DNA of 64,000 nt from Octopus sinensis (GCF_006345805.1 NC_043020.1:30070001-30134000), one strand, 5' to 3'; positions 34,561-48,630 are shown, counted from the stretch's first letter. Notes: generated by a model not told the origin, from the sequence alone. Made by a program: numbers and translations.

Positions 34561-37019
34561 TTTAACGCTTGGCAAGTCTTTAATCAAAGGCATTCCGGTC
34601 GTGACCATTCCTTCGTTTATTCAATTTCAGATGAAGAAATGTGACCAAAGTTTTGTTTTTAAACGATATCTTGATGCATTTCTCTCTAACACATCGAATC
34701 AGCCGACCCCAAAAGGTTTACAAACTTGAGAAGACTCTACCGATTCGCTGAACGACAAATGGAATATACTGATAACGCTACAGAAAAATAATTGACTTTT
34801 GGATATACACCGAAACAGCACAAAAGACGTAGAACATTTATCTCCGAAGGCAGTGCTCCAGCGTGGCTGTGACCGCGATGGATAAAACAAATTAAATAAC
34901 CAAAGAACAAAAGAACAAAAATACAAGATCTTTACGTTAATCCATGCACAGAGAACAACCATTCGTCTGAAAGGAAATGTATTTCTAAAAGAACTGAAGC
35001 GGTCGCAGAAAGGATTCAAAGGCTGTAAATATTATCTTCACATTGTTAGGCAACAGTTCGAAGAATATGAAGAAGAATTCAGATGAAACTGAAGAATGCA
35101 GAATAACGATTCTGAACTTAGTACAGATTTCCCCCTTTGTTAAAACCTGGAAACATCAGCTACGATTAATGAAACGAAAAACAGAGAATTAGATCCGGAA
35201 GAAACAACTTCGCTTCAAAGCAATGAATCGAACAAAACTCAGTTATATAACAAATGTATAACGATACTAATATAACGACTGTTATATGATGGGAGTTATA
35301 TAACGGCTATATAACACTTCGTATTCTGTTGATAATAGGACACGGGTGAGAGTAAAACCACGAAGATAACAGGTATTACAAGAATGGGAAAATGAATATT
35401 TTGACAGAGTCAAAGAACTTTAAGGTCTCATCCATATACCAGGTATAAGATATAACTCTGCGGAAATGGAATAGAGTGTAACATGTCTAAATTCTTTAGA
35501 CTTTACTACGAGAAAGCTATGAAAATGTAAAAAAAAAAAGAACCCCACCTCATCCTATACAATAAACTTGACGCCCAACGACTGTACATTCGTAGAAAGG
35601 AAGATGGTAGACGTTTGCTGAGCATCAAGGAGCAATAATATATGAAAGCAATCGTTGATGTTACCCATCACCTTTCCAACTCACAAAATGGTTTGCTATG
35701 TGTTTACGATGATGAAAAACGAGTAGCAATGTAGCAAATCGATATCAGCAGCAACAAATTTCTCATAAGAAATTGGGTTAATCTTTGAACAATTCTTGTC
35801 TGAATCTAAAGCAGCAGCGAAAACAGACATATTGAAATAATGACATATAAGTCGGCCGTGATAAGTATGGTCAATATTTTCGCGAACTGGATGCTCTCGA
35901 AATAAATTGAACAACTATCTGTGCCCCAGGCTCACAAGTCCAACCTGAAAAGAAGCAGAAGAAGAAACAACCTTCGTGATCCAGGAACAAGACATTACCA
36001 CTCGATATTACAAAAGAAATAAACACAATCCTTACAATATGGATGGCAAATGTCGCCGGTTTTGAGCTTCTCCTGGGACGATGCACGGCTAGGCATCAGG
36101 ATATCCTAACTAATTCCGGCAAAATATATTTGGAGCCGATGTAATGTAGCAAAGCTAATTTTGATGCGTCTAAACCCAAATTTCAGCTGATTCAAGAAAA
36201 GAAAAAGTTCCCCGATATTTATATGAATGTTTACCTGACTTAGGAAACGATAACGGGAATTTTAGTACAGAAGCATAGAAGAAGACGGCTAGTTAACACA
36301 CACCGTATTTACCGGTGTATAAGACGCATGCTTTTTTTGTATTTTTGAATATAGCAAAAATTGTCCTGCGTCTAATGTGAGTTTAGGGAGCCGAATGGAC
36401 AGACTTCTGCCAGATACGAAAATTGTGACCAATAATAAAATTTTGGAAGCAAACTAAATTAGGACGAAAATTTGCTTATGGTACGTCAGCAAGTATGTGG
36501 GGAAGTCACATCACCTCACAGTACCTTCTTCTCCAGTATACATAACCCTCGAATGATATATGTCTTACATTCATCGACGCCAAAACGTCTCTGTCCGTAC
36601 GGCAACCAACATGGCCGTAACATTTCTTGATTGTTTACTTCTTATCAACGGTCTTTTGTACCGGAAATAAAGAAAAGTTATTCAACTTATTTCCTCTTTT
36701 GTATTTGTAAGAAGCTCTCCGTCTTCACTATTGTTTTTACTTTTTGCTTTTGTTTCTCCATCACAATACTTGAAGCCAGTTGCAATGATCTTCCTACATT
36801 GTTTGATGATTGTGGTACAGTTATCGTTAATTTTCTGAATGAAAAATGCTGCCAGAAAGATTAAAGGAATGCTAACAAACTTTCATCTTCTTGTCTGGAA
36901 GTTGCAAGAAAACCGTAGCGATGTAGCGTCACCCTGGTAACGGGTCGCGGTAACACAAACCATCACAACCAGAAATACGAGTTTCAGACACTGTGTGGTT
37001 TTGTCTCTTGACCAAAATA

Positions 37020-37230
37020 TTAGTTTCAAGATTTGGCACACGGCTAGGGACTTCAGGGGAGAGGTAAACGATTGCACCAACCTCAGTGTTTAACTGGTAC
37101 TTGCTTTATCGACCCCAAAAGGATGACAGACAAAGTCGACATTGGCTGAATCTGAACTCAGAATGTAAAGACGTGTGAAATGTCGCTAATCATTTTGCCC
37201 AGCGCTCTAACGATTCTGCCAGCTCAGCAA
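37020..37230 (-). mobile_element. SINE-A (tail type ii)
   Basis: Plus strand ACTGGTACTTGCTTTATCGACCCCAAAAGGATGACAGACAAAGTCGAC..GAACTCAGAATG..CTAACGATTCTGCCAGCTC. Confidence 0.85.
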
Positions 37231-37984
37231 CTATACAAATGATCTGGTTGGCGGGGGGGGGAGAGGTGGAAGAAAAAGATAAAGCTGAGATTTGCCACTT
37301 CCATAACGTATCAATATATTTATGATAAATTTTCCCAAAGTTCAAACTCCTGATTGAAAAAAACATAAAAAGGAAATTGCTATGACATGAAATTGAAGAT
37401 GTCTGGGATAGCACACACCAAGATAATCTCAATGAAACAGGAATTTATTTTGTATAGTATTTAATATACCTTTATTCATCATCACACGCGCGCGCGCGTG
37501 CACAAACACACACATACACAAACTCACGCATATACACACTCACACACACATACATGCACACGCACTCCTCATACACATACACTCTCTCTCACACACACAC
37601 ACACGTACACATACACACATACTCACGCACACTCACACGTACATTGTGTTTGGGCTAAATTTGACAGTTTGCCAAAAAGGAACAGAAAACACAAAATCTC
37701 AGCCAAAAATAAAAGTATTTTTAAAAATTCCAAAAATATCAAAAATTATGGCTGGGAGAAAACAGTTTACCCAAAATGGAGACCCACCTCAGCTCCCATC
37801 GTGGCCTCAGGATTTTTTTTTTTTTGAAACGAACTCAACTGAAAGCATCACTATGTTCCAATTTTTTTTTTCAGAAAGGTTTTTTTTTTTAAATCTGCCT
37901 CTCAGACTCTTATATTTCTTCACATCCTGAAGATTAGGCTGAGATAACCGGAAAACGTTGATAATGAATTTGTGGACTTCGCTG

Positions 37985-38230
37985 AGGGTTCAGTCCCACT
38001 GCGTGGCACCTTGGGCAAGTGTCTTCTACAAGAGCCTTAGGCCGACCAAAACTTTGAGGATGAATTTGGTACCCGGAAACTGAAAGAATCCCATCGAATG
38101 TGTGTGTGTGCTTTCCACCACTGCTTGACCACCGATGTTAGTATTTACGTGACCGTAGCTTAGCGGTTCGGCAAAAGACTGATAGATTAAATACGGTGCG
38201 TAAAAACAAACGTACTGGGGACAATTCATT
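37985..38230 (+). mobile_element. SINE-B
   Basis: GGGTTCAGTCCCACTGCGTGGCACCTTGGGCAAGTGTCTTCT..TTAGCGGTTCGGCAAAAG. Confidence 0.88.
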
Positions 38231-38794
38231 CGCCATAATGTTTGGCAGGAAGCTGAATGTTATTTCCATCAAGTTTGAAGGGAAGAAATATTGGATAATA
38301 CAATATATAAGCTGAAGCATTTGTCTTTGCCCATTTTTCAGTCAGTCAGACGATGTCCCAAGCGTCTGGCTTTTACCTGCAAAATGAACGTCTGCCATAA
38401 ATGGTTGCTTACGTGACTGTCGTGATTGTGTAATAATAATGTTAAGAGGAGAATACGCTAAAACTGTATTGCTATGGTGGTGAAGACATTAGTAACGATT
38501 TATTCTGCTGGAACGAAGACAGTGAAATAGTAACGACTCCATACACTGCAGACGGAGTAACAATACTAAGCCCCACTCTGTCTTTCTTTGTCTCGCTTTC
38601 TCTCTTTCTCCTCTCTTTCGCTCTGACTGTCTGTGTGTCTGCACTGTTTCATGCCTGTCTAAATTTCAGCTTCTATTGGTGTCTCTGTGTCTCTCCATTC
38701 TCCCTCTGTGTGTGTGTACAGACACAGACACACATATACCTGCACCATTGTAGAAGGAGGAAGAGAAATAAGAAAAAGCGATATATATATATAG

Positions 38795-38882
<88 letters not shown>

Positions 38883-39643
38883 TGATAGACAGATACTTTG
38901 CACTCCTTCCAAATGTTGCCTTACAGTTTTCCATTAATCAACTCTTAACAGCCTATACATTCACAAAGCTTTTAATCACCACCCAGATTCTTCTTCTTCT
39001 TCTTCTTCTTCTTCTTCTTCTTCTTCTTCTTCTCCTCCTCCTCCTCCTCCTCCTCCTCCTCCTCCTCCTTCTTCCCTTCGTTAGTTACTATCGCCTATTA
39101 TCGTTTTCTTCGTGAGGCAATTCGGCAATTCTCTATATAAATCAAAGTTGTGAATAGACATGGACGCCATCTTTGCATAACACCCACCGATAACCGACTA
39201 AAAAAAATATCTAAAACATAGTTTTACAAAGTAGTTAACCTCCCTTTATCACTATTTCTCTACTTGAAGTTTTTTTTTGTGAGTTTCCACTCATTCCTTT
39301 TTCTTGTTGCCCGATTATGGCACAGATATTTTCTTCTCTTACACCTGATTATTTTATCCCCCCCTCTCTCTCTGTCTGACTTCAATGGCGAACTTAAGTA
39401 TTCAGAATGGTGCTTAAAGCGAGACAAAAAGTTCTCTTTATCTTTGGGTTTGAGTGACCTTAGGTTTTGTGCCCTTCTTCTGTGTAAGATATTTTCCACT
39501 TCACAGAAGCCAGTGAAATTGAATATTAACTATTAGATGATTAACGCTACACACATACACCTGTCTGTCTGTCTGCCTGTCTGTCTGCCTGTCTGTCTGC
39601 CTGTCTGCCTGTCTGTCTCTACATACGTGCAAATACATACATA

Positions 39644-39692
<49 letters not shown>

Positions 39693-40239
39693 GCATTAAA
39701 GTTTATACAGACATGCGCGCACGTGTATAGAAGGATCTCCATTTAAAATTTGACGACTTCAACCTTAAATTCGACATTGTTAAATTCAGAATCGCTACCG
39801 TCAATCTCGACTACGATTTCATCAACTTTAATTTCGTCATCGTCAGCTTAACGTCACTGTAGGACGGAGCGAATTTCGTTTTATGAACAGTGACGCTAGT
39901 GAAAACTTGTCGCAGAATTTTAAAAGAATCTAAACATTAAAATGTTTTGTAAGGAGCTGTTAGCTTTGTAATAAAAACTCGAATTTATCGTAAATCTATG
40001 TACATACATTAAGGACACTGGATGTAGAACAAAATTACATACTGTACCATATATACAACATGACAAAGACAAACATAAGCACCATTAGTTTATTTTTTTA
40101 TTCATTATTCTCATTTGTTGAGGAGACTTGGGGGAGAAATACTCATGATACCAGTGAGAAGTTATGCGTTAGTACACATCCCACAAACTAGAGAATACCG
40201 ACAACATTGACAGAAACGGGAGCCTTTTTCGGACGGGCG

Positions 40240-41520
40240 AAAAATGAATCCAGGTAAGAAAAAGTTACAGGTAAAAAGGTTACAGAAAAAAAAAAAGGGG
40301 GACAACGTTAGCACTGTTTCTGCGTCTTTCTTTAATAAAAAGGTTAACTGTCGAATTCTCCCTTTTTAAAGGTTAATATGCCAATCAGTGTCTGTAAAGT
40401 AATATGCAGAACTGATGATAAATTAATGAGTTATGAACTCTACGCAACCAACGGCCTACTCTTCCTGTACCACGTTTGCTAAAAGATCTAGGTGAACTTC
40501 CTACTGAGTATTCTATGACAGTTAGCCTAATCCCGAGGAGTTTTTACTCTATGATAAGGGACCAAAGGCAAACAACCGCGCTCTAGTGTTTGGTACCAGT
40601 GATGACCTCAGACTCCTTTCTGGTGCTGATACTCCATATATGGATGGCAACTTTGCTATGGCACCAAATATTTTCAAACAGAACTGTGTCATCCGTGTCC
40701 CTTTCAGTGATACAGCTGTTACTTCAGTGTACGTTCTTCTTCCAAACAAGACTCGTGTCGCCTTCGAAGAACTCTTTCAGGCCATAGTTGATGAGTGTGA
40801 AGACCTAAGCTATTCTATTAATGTGCAAACCGTGGTGACTGACTTTGAAGATGGTGCACTGAGAGCTGTTCTTGCAAGGTTTGGCTGCGACGTAGAGAGC
40901 AAAGGTTGTTTCTATTATCTTACGCAGTCCACTTGGCGTAAAAGCCAGGAACTGAGTTTGGGAACATTGTATAATACCAATGCTCAGTTTCGTCTGTTTT
41001 GTGGAATGATTGATGCTCTAGCTTTTCTGCCCTTAGAAGACGTTAATGAAGGTATGAGATACTTCAGAACTGACATTCCACAAGATCCACCTGAAGCCGA
41101 GGAACTGCTCCATTGTACTTCGATTGTACTTATGTTGGTGGCTCCTTTTGACTGATTCAACAGCCAGTTGCCATGTCCAGTGACGTCCTGATCCCTCTGA
41201 AAATGCGTCACATTCCACCTATGTTTGCCCCTCACCTATGGAATGTGCATGGCATTCGTACGAAGGGTGGAATAATAAATTCTTCAACCTCGTTGGTCAC
41301 TACCATCCTTTATTCTGACGTGTCAATGAATGGTTTCAACGTGAAGAAGCGACAGTGATCACCATTATCCGGCAGGATGCTGTGTTGGCAACCCAGCTCA
41401 CCACCTCAAAGAAGAATGCCTTCTCAACTTGTGTACTGTTCAACGGGACGACCACCAGACTGTGGCAGAGTTTCTTCGTGGCTTCGGTTTGAATATTTGT
41501 CTTAATCACCAGCTTTAAAA
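40240..41520 (+). pseudogene. Mutator/MULE transposase fragment
   Basis: YMDGNFAMAP, VYVLLPNKT, VVTDFE, GCFYYLTQS (like GCFFHLTQS), ALAFLP, and a WNVH motif. AAAAAGTTACAG subterminal-like repeats lie at 40258-40285. Confidence 0.88.
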
Positions 41521-41674
41521 AACATGGAATATACATGCAATGCCACGATATTATGTAAGCCATTTTCAATCTGTACATGTCCTGTACTGTCAATAAATGA
41601 CTTAAATATTTCTGCTTGATTACCTTACTGTGCTTAAGATATGAACAAAACGTGATTTTTTTTTCATATACATG

Positions 41675-41893
41675 TCACTCTCAATATTTTTAACAAAGGG
41701 ACGCATTTTAAATAGGTTTACGGAACAATTACCCAAATGCCTACATACAGCTAAACACACATTCACATATTTCAATCTTAACCATACATAACTAATGTAG
41801 TAAACCTAACACCCATAACTCAGAGTAATCCACTTGAGTTAAAAAGAACAGTATCGGAATAACATATTTTTAGACATGTAACTTTACATTCTA

Positions 41894-41958
<65 letters not shown>

Positions 41959-43496
41959 AGTTAAACGCAGGCGTTATTCAAATTCTTTTACTTCCGACAC
42001 ATATAAAAATATGATGGTATTCTGAATTTTTCCTGTGACTTTATTAAAGGCCGCCGCGAAGAATACATCGCATCTCATCTGCGAGGCTATACTTTTGCTT
42101 TCCAGGAACAGGAGAGAATAGGAGAGAACTGCTAAATGCTTGATGAACAAAAGTAACAAGGATGCCTCTAGACATCCACATCAAAATATGTCGATTGTGC
42201 TACACCAGCGCTGAAGATAACTGGTCCTCCGTCGGTTTCGAGGATGATTGTTCCAGTTGGTCCGATCAACAGAACAGCCTACTTGTGAAATCAACGTGCA
42301 AGTGGCTGAGTACTCCACTTGCATAAGAACCAATTATAAGTTAGAGAAAACTAGTGACAGACAACAAATTAAACTCTTAACGCCACAAATTCCTAATGCC
42401 AGTCCAAACACCCAAACAAACAGACCTAACAGAAAATATAAAAATATGATGTCCTTTGGTATAACCCAATCTGGGACTCGAACATCTCATCCAAAATCGC
42501 GAAACCATTTTTTGCCACACTTGATCGCTGCTTCCCTAAAAATACAATGTACAGCAAAATATTGAACCGCCACACTATAAAACTGTCCTATGCAAATTCA
42601 TCAAATATAGAGCAGCACACTCATAGGATTAACAATTGTAAACTGAGAAAGCGAAATGACTGCACTCAAAAATAAGCCCTTAAAAATTGACCGCGACTTA
42701 TATTACCAACCGAGAGACAATGCTAATACCAAGCAATTAATGTAGTAAAGTGATAACTCGAACTATAATACCAACAAACCGAGAAAAAACAACTATAATA
42801 TCGACTATAACCATCCAACGAATCATACCAGCATCAATTCAAACAACACCGACACACCCAGAAATAGTAATAATAAAAGGATAACAATGACTACAAATAT
42901 ATACTGAACAGAACCTAGTGTTCGCTGCACATAAGCACACAAAAAAACTAACCGGTTATGCTCATGCAGAGACAGAACCAAATGTCTTTTGGACAATCAA
43001 TGTATGACTAAGAATGTGGTATACAAGTGCACACTAAACACCAGGGGAGGCCTCTACGTATAAATCGGAGCATCAGTCGATATTTTCAAAAATCTATATC
43101 GTAACCACATTGCCAGCTTTCGAAAAATCCTTAAACCGCATGTAACATTACTGGCTGATTTTATCTAGAGGCTCAAGGTAGAGAAGGCAAAATATGACCT
43201 GACCTGGTCCATAATTAGACATGCAAGTCCTTACAACATATTATCTCGGAAATGCCAGCTATGTTCCGAAGAGTCACTCTCAATATTTTTAACAAAGGGG
43301 CGCATTTTAAATAGGTTTACGGAACAATTACCCAAATGCCTACATGAAGCTAAACACACATTCACATATTTCAATCTTAACCATACATAACTAATGTAGT
43401 AAACCTAACACCCATAACTCAGATTAATCCACTTGAGTTAAAAAGAACAGTATCGAAATAACATGTATTTAGACATGTAACTTTACATTCTAGATG

Positions 43497-43552
<56 letters not shown>

Positions 43553-43596
43553 AGTTAAACGCAGGCGTTATTCACATTCTTTTACTTCCGACACAT
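41675..43596 (+). mobile_element. Penelope-like element remnant with two direct copies of its about 325-bp 3' region
   Basis: Linker WYNPIWDSNISSKI..LDRCFPKN..KILNRHTIKLSY (42450-42620). GIY-YIG CSCRDRTKCLLDNQC..VVYKC..IGA..KCQLCSEE..LNRFTEQLPKCLH (42950-43360). Direct repeat 41675-42002 / 43275-43596, each copy containing (TA)n. Confidence 0.85.
42222..42320 (-). mobile_element. SINE-C tail fragment inserted in the PLE
   Basis: CTCCGTCGGTT..CCAGTTGGTCCGATCAAC..AACGTGCAAGTGGCTGAGTACTCCAC matches 18160-18255. Confidence 0.8.
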
Positions 43597-43670
43597 GTTT
43601 CGAAGATATCATTGGTATTATTCCAAAGGAATAAAATGGTGTAAATCAATGTAATCTTCTCTTCGGGGAA
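43586..43670 (-). ncRNA. Type I hammerhead ribozyme candidate (CCGAAGA core, long stem II)
   Basis: Minus strand: TTCC | CCGAAGA | GAAGAT-TA-CATTG...CAATG-AT-ATCTTC | GAAA | CATGTGT C | GGAA. Stem I TTCC/GGAA; triplet GUC. Confidence 0.75.
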
Positions 43671-43742
43671 ATGAAGAAATAAAAGTCGTCAATAAGACAT
43701 TGTAACAGAAAATGATGGATATGCATAGTGATGAACTGAACG

Positions 43743-43975
<233 letters not shown>

Positions 43976-44059
43976 CCCTGCTTCCTTTTCCTGAGCGCCT
44001 ATTAATAATAATACTGTAATTGTTCCATTGTTGTTGTTTTTTTGTTTCCCGTTTGGATT

Positions 44060-44109
<50 letters not shown>

Positions 44110-44175
44110 ATATGTATGTGTGTATGAGTATATGTATGTATATGTATAAATGTATTATATATATATATATGTACG

Positions 44176-44248
<73 letters not shown>

Positions 44249-44335
44249 CATATGTGTGTATGTGTGTATATGGGTCTTCGTACGTATCTATACGCATATT
44301 ATATATGTGTATGTGTGTACACATATATATATGTG

Positions 44336-44367
<32 letters not shown>

Positions 44368-44667
44368 TGTATGTATGTATGTATGTATGTATTATGTGTG
44401 AGTGTATATGCAGGTACACGAAACTACTTGTCTAAGTATTAATCTTCTTTTCTCCTTCTCCTTTCGTTTCCCTCTAAGCCGTTGCGACAGCAAAAGCTGA
44501 TTATGTCATTTTACCTAAACTGGAACGAATGATTTCCGCGTTCATATTTTAATTTTTTACGTTTCTATCATATTTTTTGCTTTTATTCATTCTCGAACTG
44601 GATTGGCATATAACAACAACCCAACCAACACACACAAAAAAAGTCTCTAGTGAGACTTCTTTATGAA

Positions 44668-44713
44668 TATACCTGAAGAGACCCAGAGCGATGGGCCGAA
44701 ACATATGTTGTAC
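44668..44713 (+). ncRNA. Minimal type I hammerhead ribozyme candidate with a canonical core
   Basis: TAC | CTGAAGA | GACCCA-GAGCGA-TGGGCC (one mismatch) | GAAA | C-ATAT-G T T | GTA, followed by AATAAA at about 44716. Confidence 0.7.
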
Positions 44714-46272
44714 CTAATAAAAGTCTAATACGAAATCCATCTCCTACTATTAATTTATTCTATTGCCCTAACTGCCACTGCGAAGTTCCTGACGAAAATC
44801 CAAGTGTACCACAACTACGGATGACAGCAGGAATCCTAAACTGTGACGGTGCTCTGCTCAACATTTAAACACACTAATTGAATTATACGTATTTGTCTAA
44901 ATGTTCTATATAATATATATATATATATATATATATTGAAACGAGCCGGCTACCAGATTCCCAATTAGTTTAAGGCTGGAACCAGACAATGCGGTGAGGA
45001 AGCTAACAGGCAGTTCTTTGGCAGACATTTCTATACTTTAACATATCACTTTAAAACACCGCACACATACCTAACCCCGCCAAGCCATCAACCATCAAGC
45101 ATCAAGCATCAAGCATTAAACGCTATCATCATTCATTCATATCTGTTCAAATTTCTATTCCGTTTGGCAGCACATACATACATTATTAATACAAGATTAC
45201 ATATTAACATTGTCCCTAGCTTCATATACAGTTACCAACCAATATATTCTACAATTTCACGCTTATTCCATTTCTTCCTCCTTCTTCTCTTCCTTCATGC
45301 TTCCCCTCCCCTCATGTTCGCTTTCCCTCTCCATTTACTCCTCCTCCTCCTCCTCTTAATAATGATATCTGGCAGCCAAGACAATTAATCCTAGTACACC
45401 ACGAACCGAAGCTCACATGCGCGCACACACACTCGTCACACACAACACCCAACGAAGCCATTTAACCAATTCATATTAATACAAACTAGTTTGGCGCCGA
45501 TGGTGTCGCTGCTGATGATCAGCAGACATTATTTTGCTCCCAATTTTTCTCTCTGTCTCTCTGCTCCCCTCTCCCTAAAGTCTCATCCTCTACCCACCCA
45601 CCCACCTACCCCTCGTCGTCTCTCCTTCCTCTGTTCTTCAGCTCACATATTTCTACATCCTATCACCTCTTATTCCCTTTCTTCGACTCTTCCTGTCACT
45701 GTTCGCATCAAACCACTCTAATTCTGACGTCAATACTCCCCTTTCCTAATCTTTTCCACCCCCTTCACACCTAAAACCCGCATCACACAGAGACACACAC
45801 ACATACACACATACCCTCATGCACGCACGTACACACACTTTTCACACCGTCCACCCGCTGCCGCATTACCATAACAGACCACACTCTGTTGCCCTCCTTT
45901 TCATAACGCCCGCCCAGCTGTTTATATTTAAATTTATCTTAACCCGCCTTCTTCCTCGTTCTTCTCTCTCTGTCCGCTACCACTTCCCCTCTCTCTCTCT
46001 CTTTCTCCCTCTCTCTCTCCTCTCACCATTACCCCAATTTTCGGTATTATTCTTTCTCTCTTATCATCTAATCTGATAAATCAACATGACTCTAGTCTGT
46101 TGCCATTGGTTGCTGATTATAATGGTTTCGAGTTCGTGTGTTAAGAGCATGAGAGTATATATATATGTGTCTGCATATATACACATATATAAACAGACAC
46201 TTATCACACACTGCTATTTTCCTATACATTTTCACCAGCCCAGCGCATTGTATGCTCACGCTTTCTACTTAC

Positions 46273-46316
46273 CCAAGCGCTCGCTTCAGTGTATCTATCT
46301 CATCAGCAGCCAGCAT
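46273..46316 (-). CDS. Candidate first coding exon, MLAADEIDTLKRALG (phase 2); product unknown
   Basis: ATG at 46316 with A at -3 and an in-frame TGA two codons upstream. The exon ends at a strong donor GG|GTAAGT in repeat-free sequence. No downstream exon was identified. Confidence 0.35.
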
Positions 46317-46503
46317 GATTCACACTGGCGCTCTTCTGACAAAGTGGAGCAGTCCAATTTGATTGAATAAACAAACTCGCTTCACAGCGTTATAAATTTG
46401 TTCAGCTTCAAAGAAGCTGATATCGCCCAACCCACTTCGCCGATTAATAATTGTCTCCTAGTTGCTGAAGCTTGCTTTAGCTTCTGACTTAAAACCCCTG
46501 TTC

Positions 46504-46517
46504 GTCTCTATGGCAAC
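46504..46517. promoter_or_regulatory. RFX X-box motif
   Basis: GTCTCTATGGCAAC fits GTHNYY-AT-RRNAAC and lies about 190 bp upstream of the candidate ATG at 46316(-). Confidence 0.35.
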
Positions 46518-47439
46518 TCTGAGTGGATTATTCCAACATTCTTTTCTGTCGTCTGTGTAGATTGGCAGCCATCTTAACTGCCTAATCTGCTAATTTAGTA
46601 CTAAAAATAAAGAGGAAATGAAAACAGACATAGAAAATAGCCTGAGATTATAGTAGATAAGATAAAGAGTTATAATAATCTTTTAATAAAGCTCAGTAAA
46701 ATAAACATCAGCACGCCATTTTTATGGCAAAATATCAAAATACAAAAAAAATCATTTTGATAATATATTAAAAAAGGAAAACGAAGCTTCTGCTGTTAGT
46801 TTAGTTTTCTCTACATGGGAGACGAAGAGGTTGCGTTAAGAATTCTATCAGCATAGTACTAACACAGACTACCTTAGAACTAGTTTAGAAGAATCAATCG
46901 GTGGCTGTACAATATTACCAAATATGGTAGTAAGTCAGGTCGCTATTGCGTCATCACATTGTCTTTGCCTTTCTCTCTCCCTCTCTGTCTCTCTCTGTCT
47001 CTGTCTCTTTCTCTCTTTCTTGCTTTCTTTCGATGGTTGATTATAGTTTCTCCTCCCTTTTTTGTTGCATAAGCCTTCAGGTGTGTAAAATGGTGAATAT
47101 TGCTGTCCTTATATGGTGCTTTCTTCTTATTTCTATTTTTATTTCGCTTGAGATTTTTCCTCCCATTCTACGAAACCAAACCTAGGTATATTTGTATACA
47201 TTTGTTATCCAGTTTATGTATATTTCTTATCTATATCATATATGTATGTGAGTGTGTGCGTAGTTAATATTATTTTTGTTATCTAATATTATGTAAGTGC
47301 GCGTAGATGTTCGTCTGTATTATGCAAGCGCGTGTATATGTATATATTACTATAATAACATTTTATTTATCTATATTAGCTGTATATGCGTGCTAGTATG
47401 TTGTATGCATACATCTTCATTATAGGTTTTCTGGAAGGC

Positions 47440-48224
47440 ATTGCATTGGTAGAATCGTTAGAGCATCAGAAAATGCTCTTTACGTTCTAAGTTCAAATCT
47501 CGCCGAGGTCAACTTTCCTTTTCATCCTCTCAAAATAAAGTTCCAATGGAGTACTGAGGTCAATGGTATCGATTGACCCCCATCCCCAGCCCTCAAAACT
47601 GTTGGCTTTGTTCCTAAATGAGAAGCGATGAAGAGGGCGATGGTTTGGAAAAAATCGTTAGAGTTTCGGAAAAAAGGCCAAGCGGTAATCGTTTGAGTCC
47701 TTTGTGATCTAAGTTCATTACCTGCCGAGGTCAAGTTTACCTTTCATTCTTTCAGGTCGATAAAATAAAGTACCAGTTAAGAACTGGGGTCGATGAGATT
47801 CACTTGCCCCTCCCCTCAAAACCACTAGACTTGTGTCCAAATTAGAAAGCATTATTTTTGTGCTATGTATTGTGTGTGTATATTTGTATTATTCTTATCT
47901 ATATTATGTATGCGTGTATACGTCAACATTACTATGTAATCTTCATTATGTATGGGTTTATATTATTATGCAAGCTGGCATGCCGGACAAAATGCTTTGC
48001 GGCATTTCTTCCGTCTTCGTGTTCTGAGTTCAAATTTCGCCAAGGTCGACTTTGCCATTCATCTTTCCGGACTCGATGTACCAGTTATGTATTAGGGTCG
48101 ATGTCATCCACTAGCCTTCCCCTTCCCCAAAATTTCATGCCTTGTAGCGAGAGTAGAAACAATTAATATTTACATAAGTCATTAAGAAGTATGTATACAC
48201 TTAGTTTTACATGTCATCTATCTA

Positions 48225-48287
<63 letters not shown>

Positions 48288-48302
48288 GTCTCTCTCTCTC
48301 TG

Positions 48303-48382
<80 letters not shown>

Positions 48383-48630
48383 TGTCTTTTATATTATAGG
48401 TTATCAAGAGGATGCTGGATTGTTAGACTCGCTAAAACGTCGGCAGGTAATGAACTTAGATCACAAAGGACTCAAACGATTACCGCTTGGCCTTTTTTCC
48501 GAAACTCTAGTTGTTCCGGCGTTCTGTGTTCGAATTCCGTCGAGTCATCTTTGCCATCGATCTTTTCGGTGTCCATTAAATAATGGCATCGACTGAAAAC
48601 CTTCCTCAAATTCCAGGCCTTGTGCTTCTC
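47440..48630 (+). mobile_element. Cluster of four diverged SINE-A copies (tail type ii)
   Basis: Copies at about 47440-47620, 47645-47850, 47960-48165 and 48410-48630. The last carries an inverted 70-bp insert. Confidence 0.85.

Noticed and set aside
36300-36900. CCGTATTTACCGGTGTATAAGACGCA resembling a pogo-like TIR, with weak RFGVDE similarity nearby
   Set aside because: No matching second TIR was found and the translation is too degraded to support a call.
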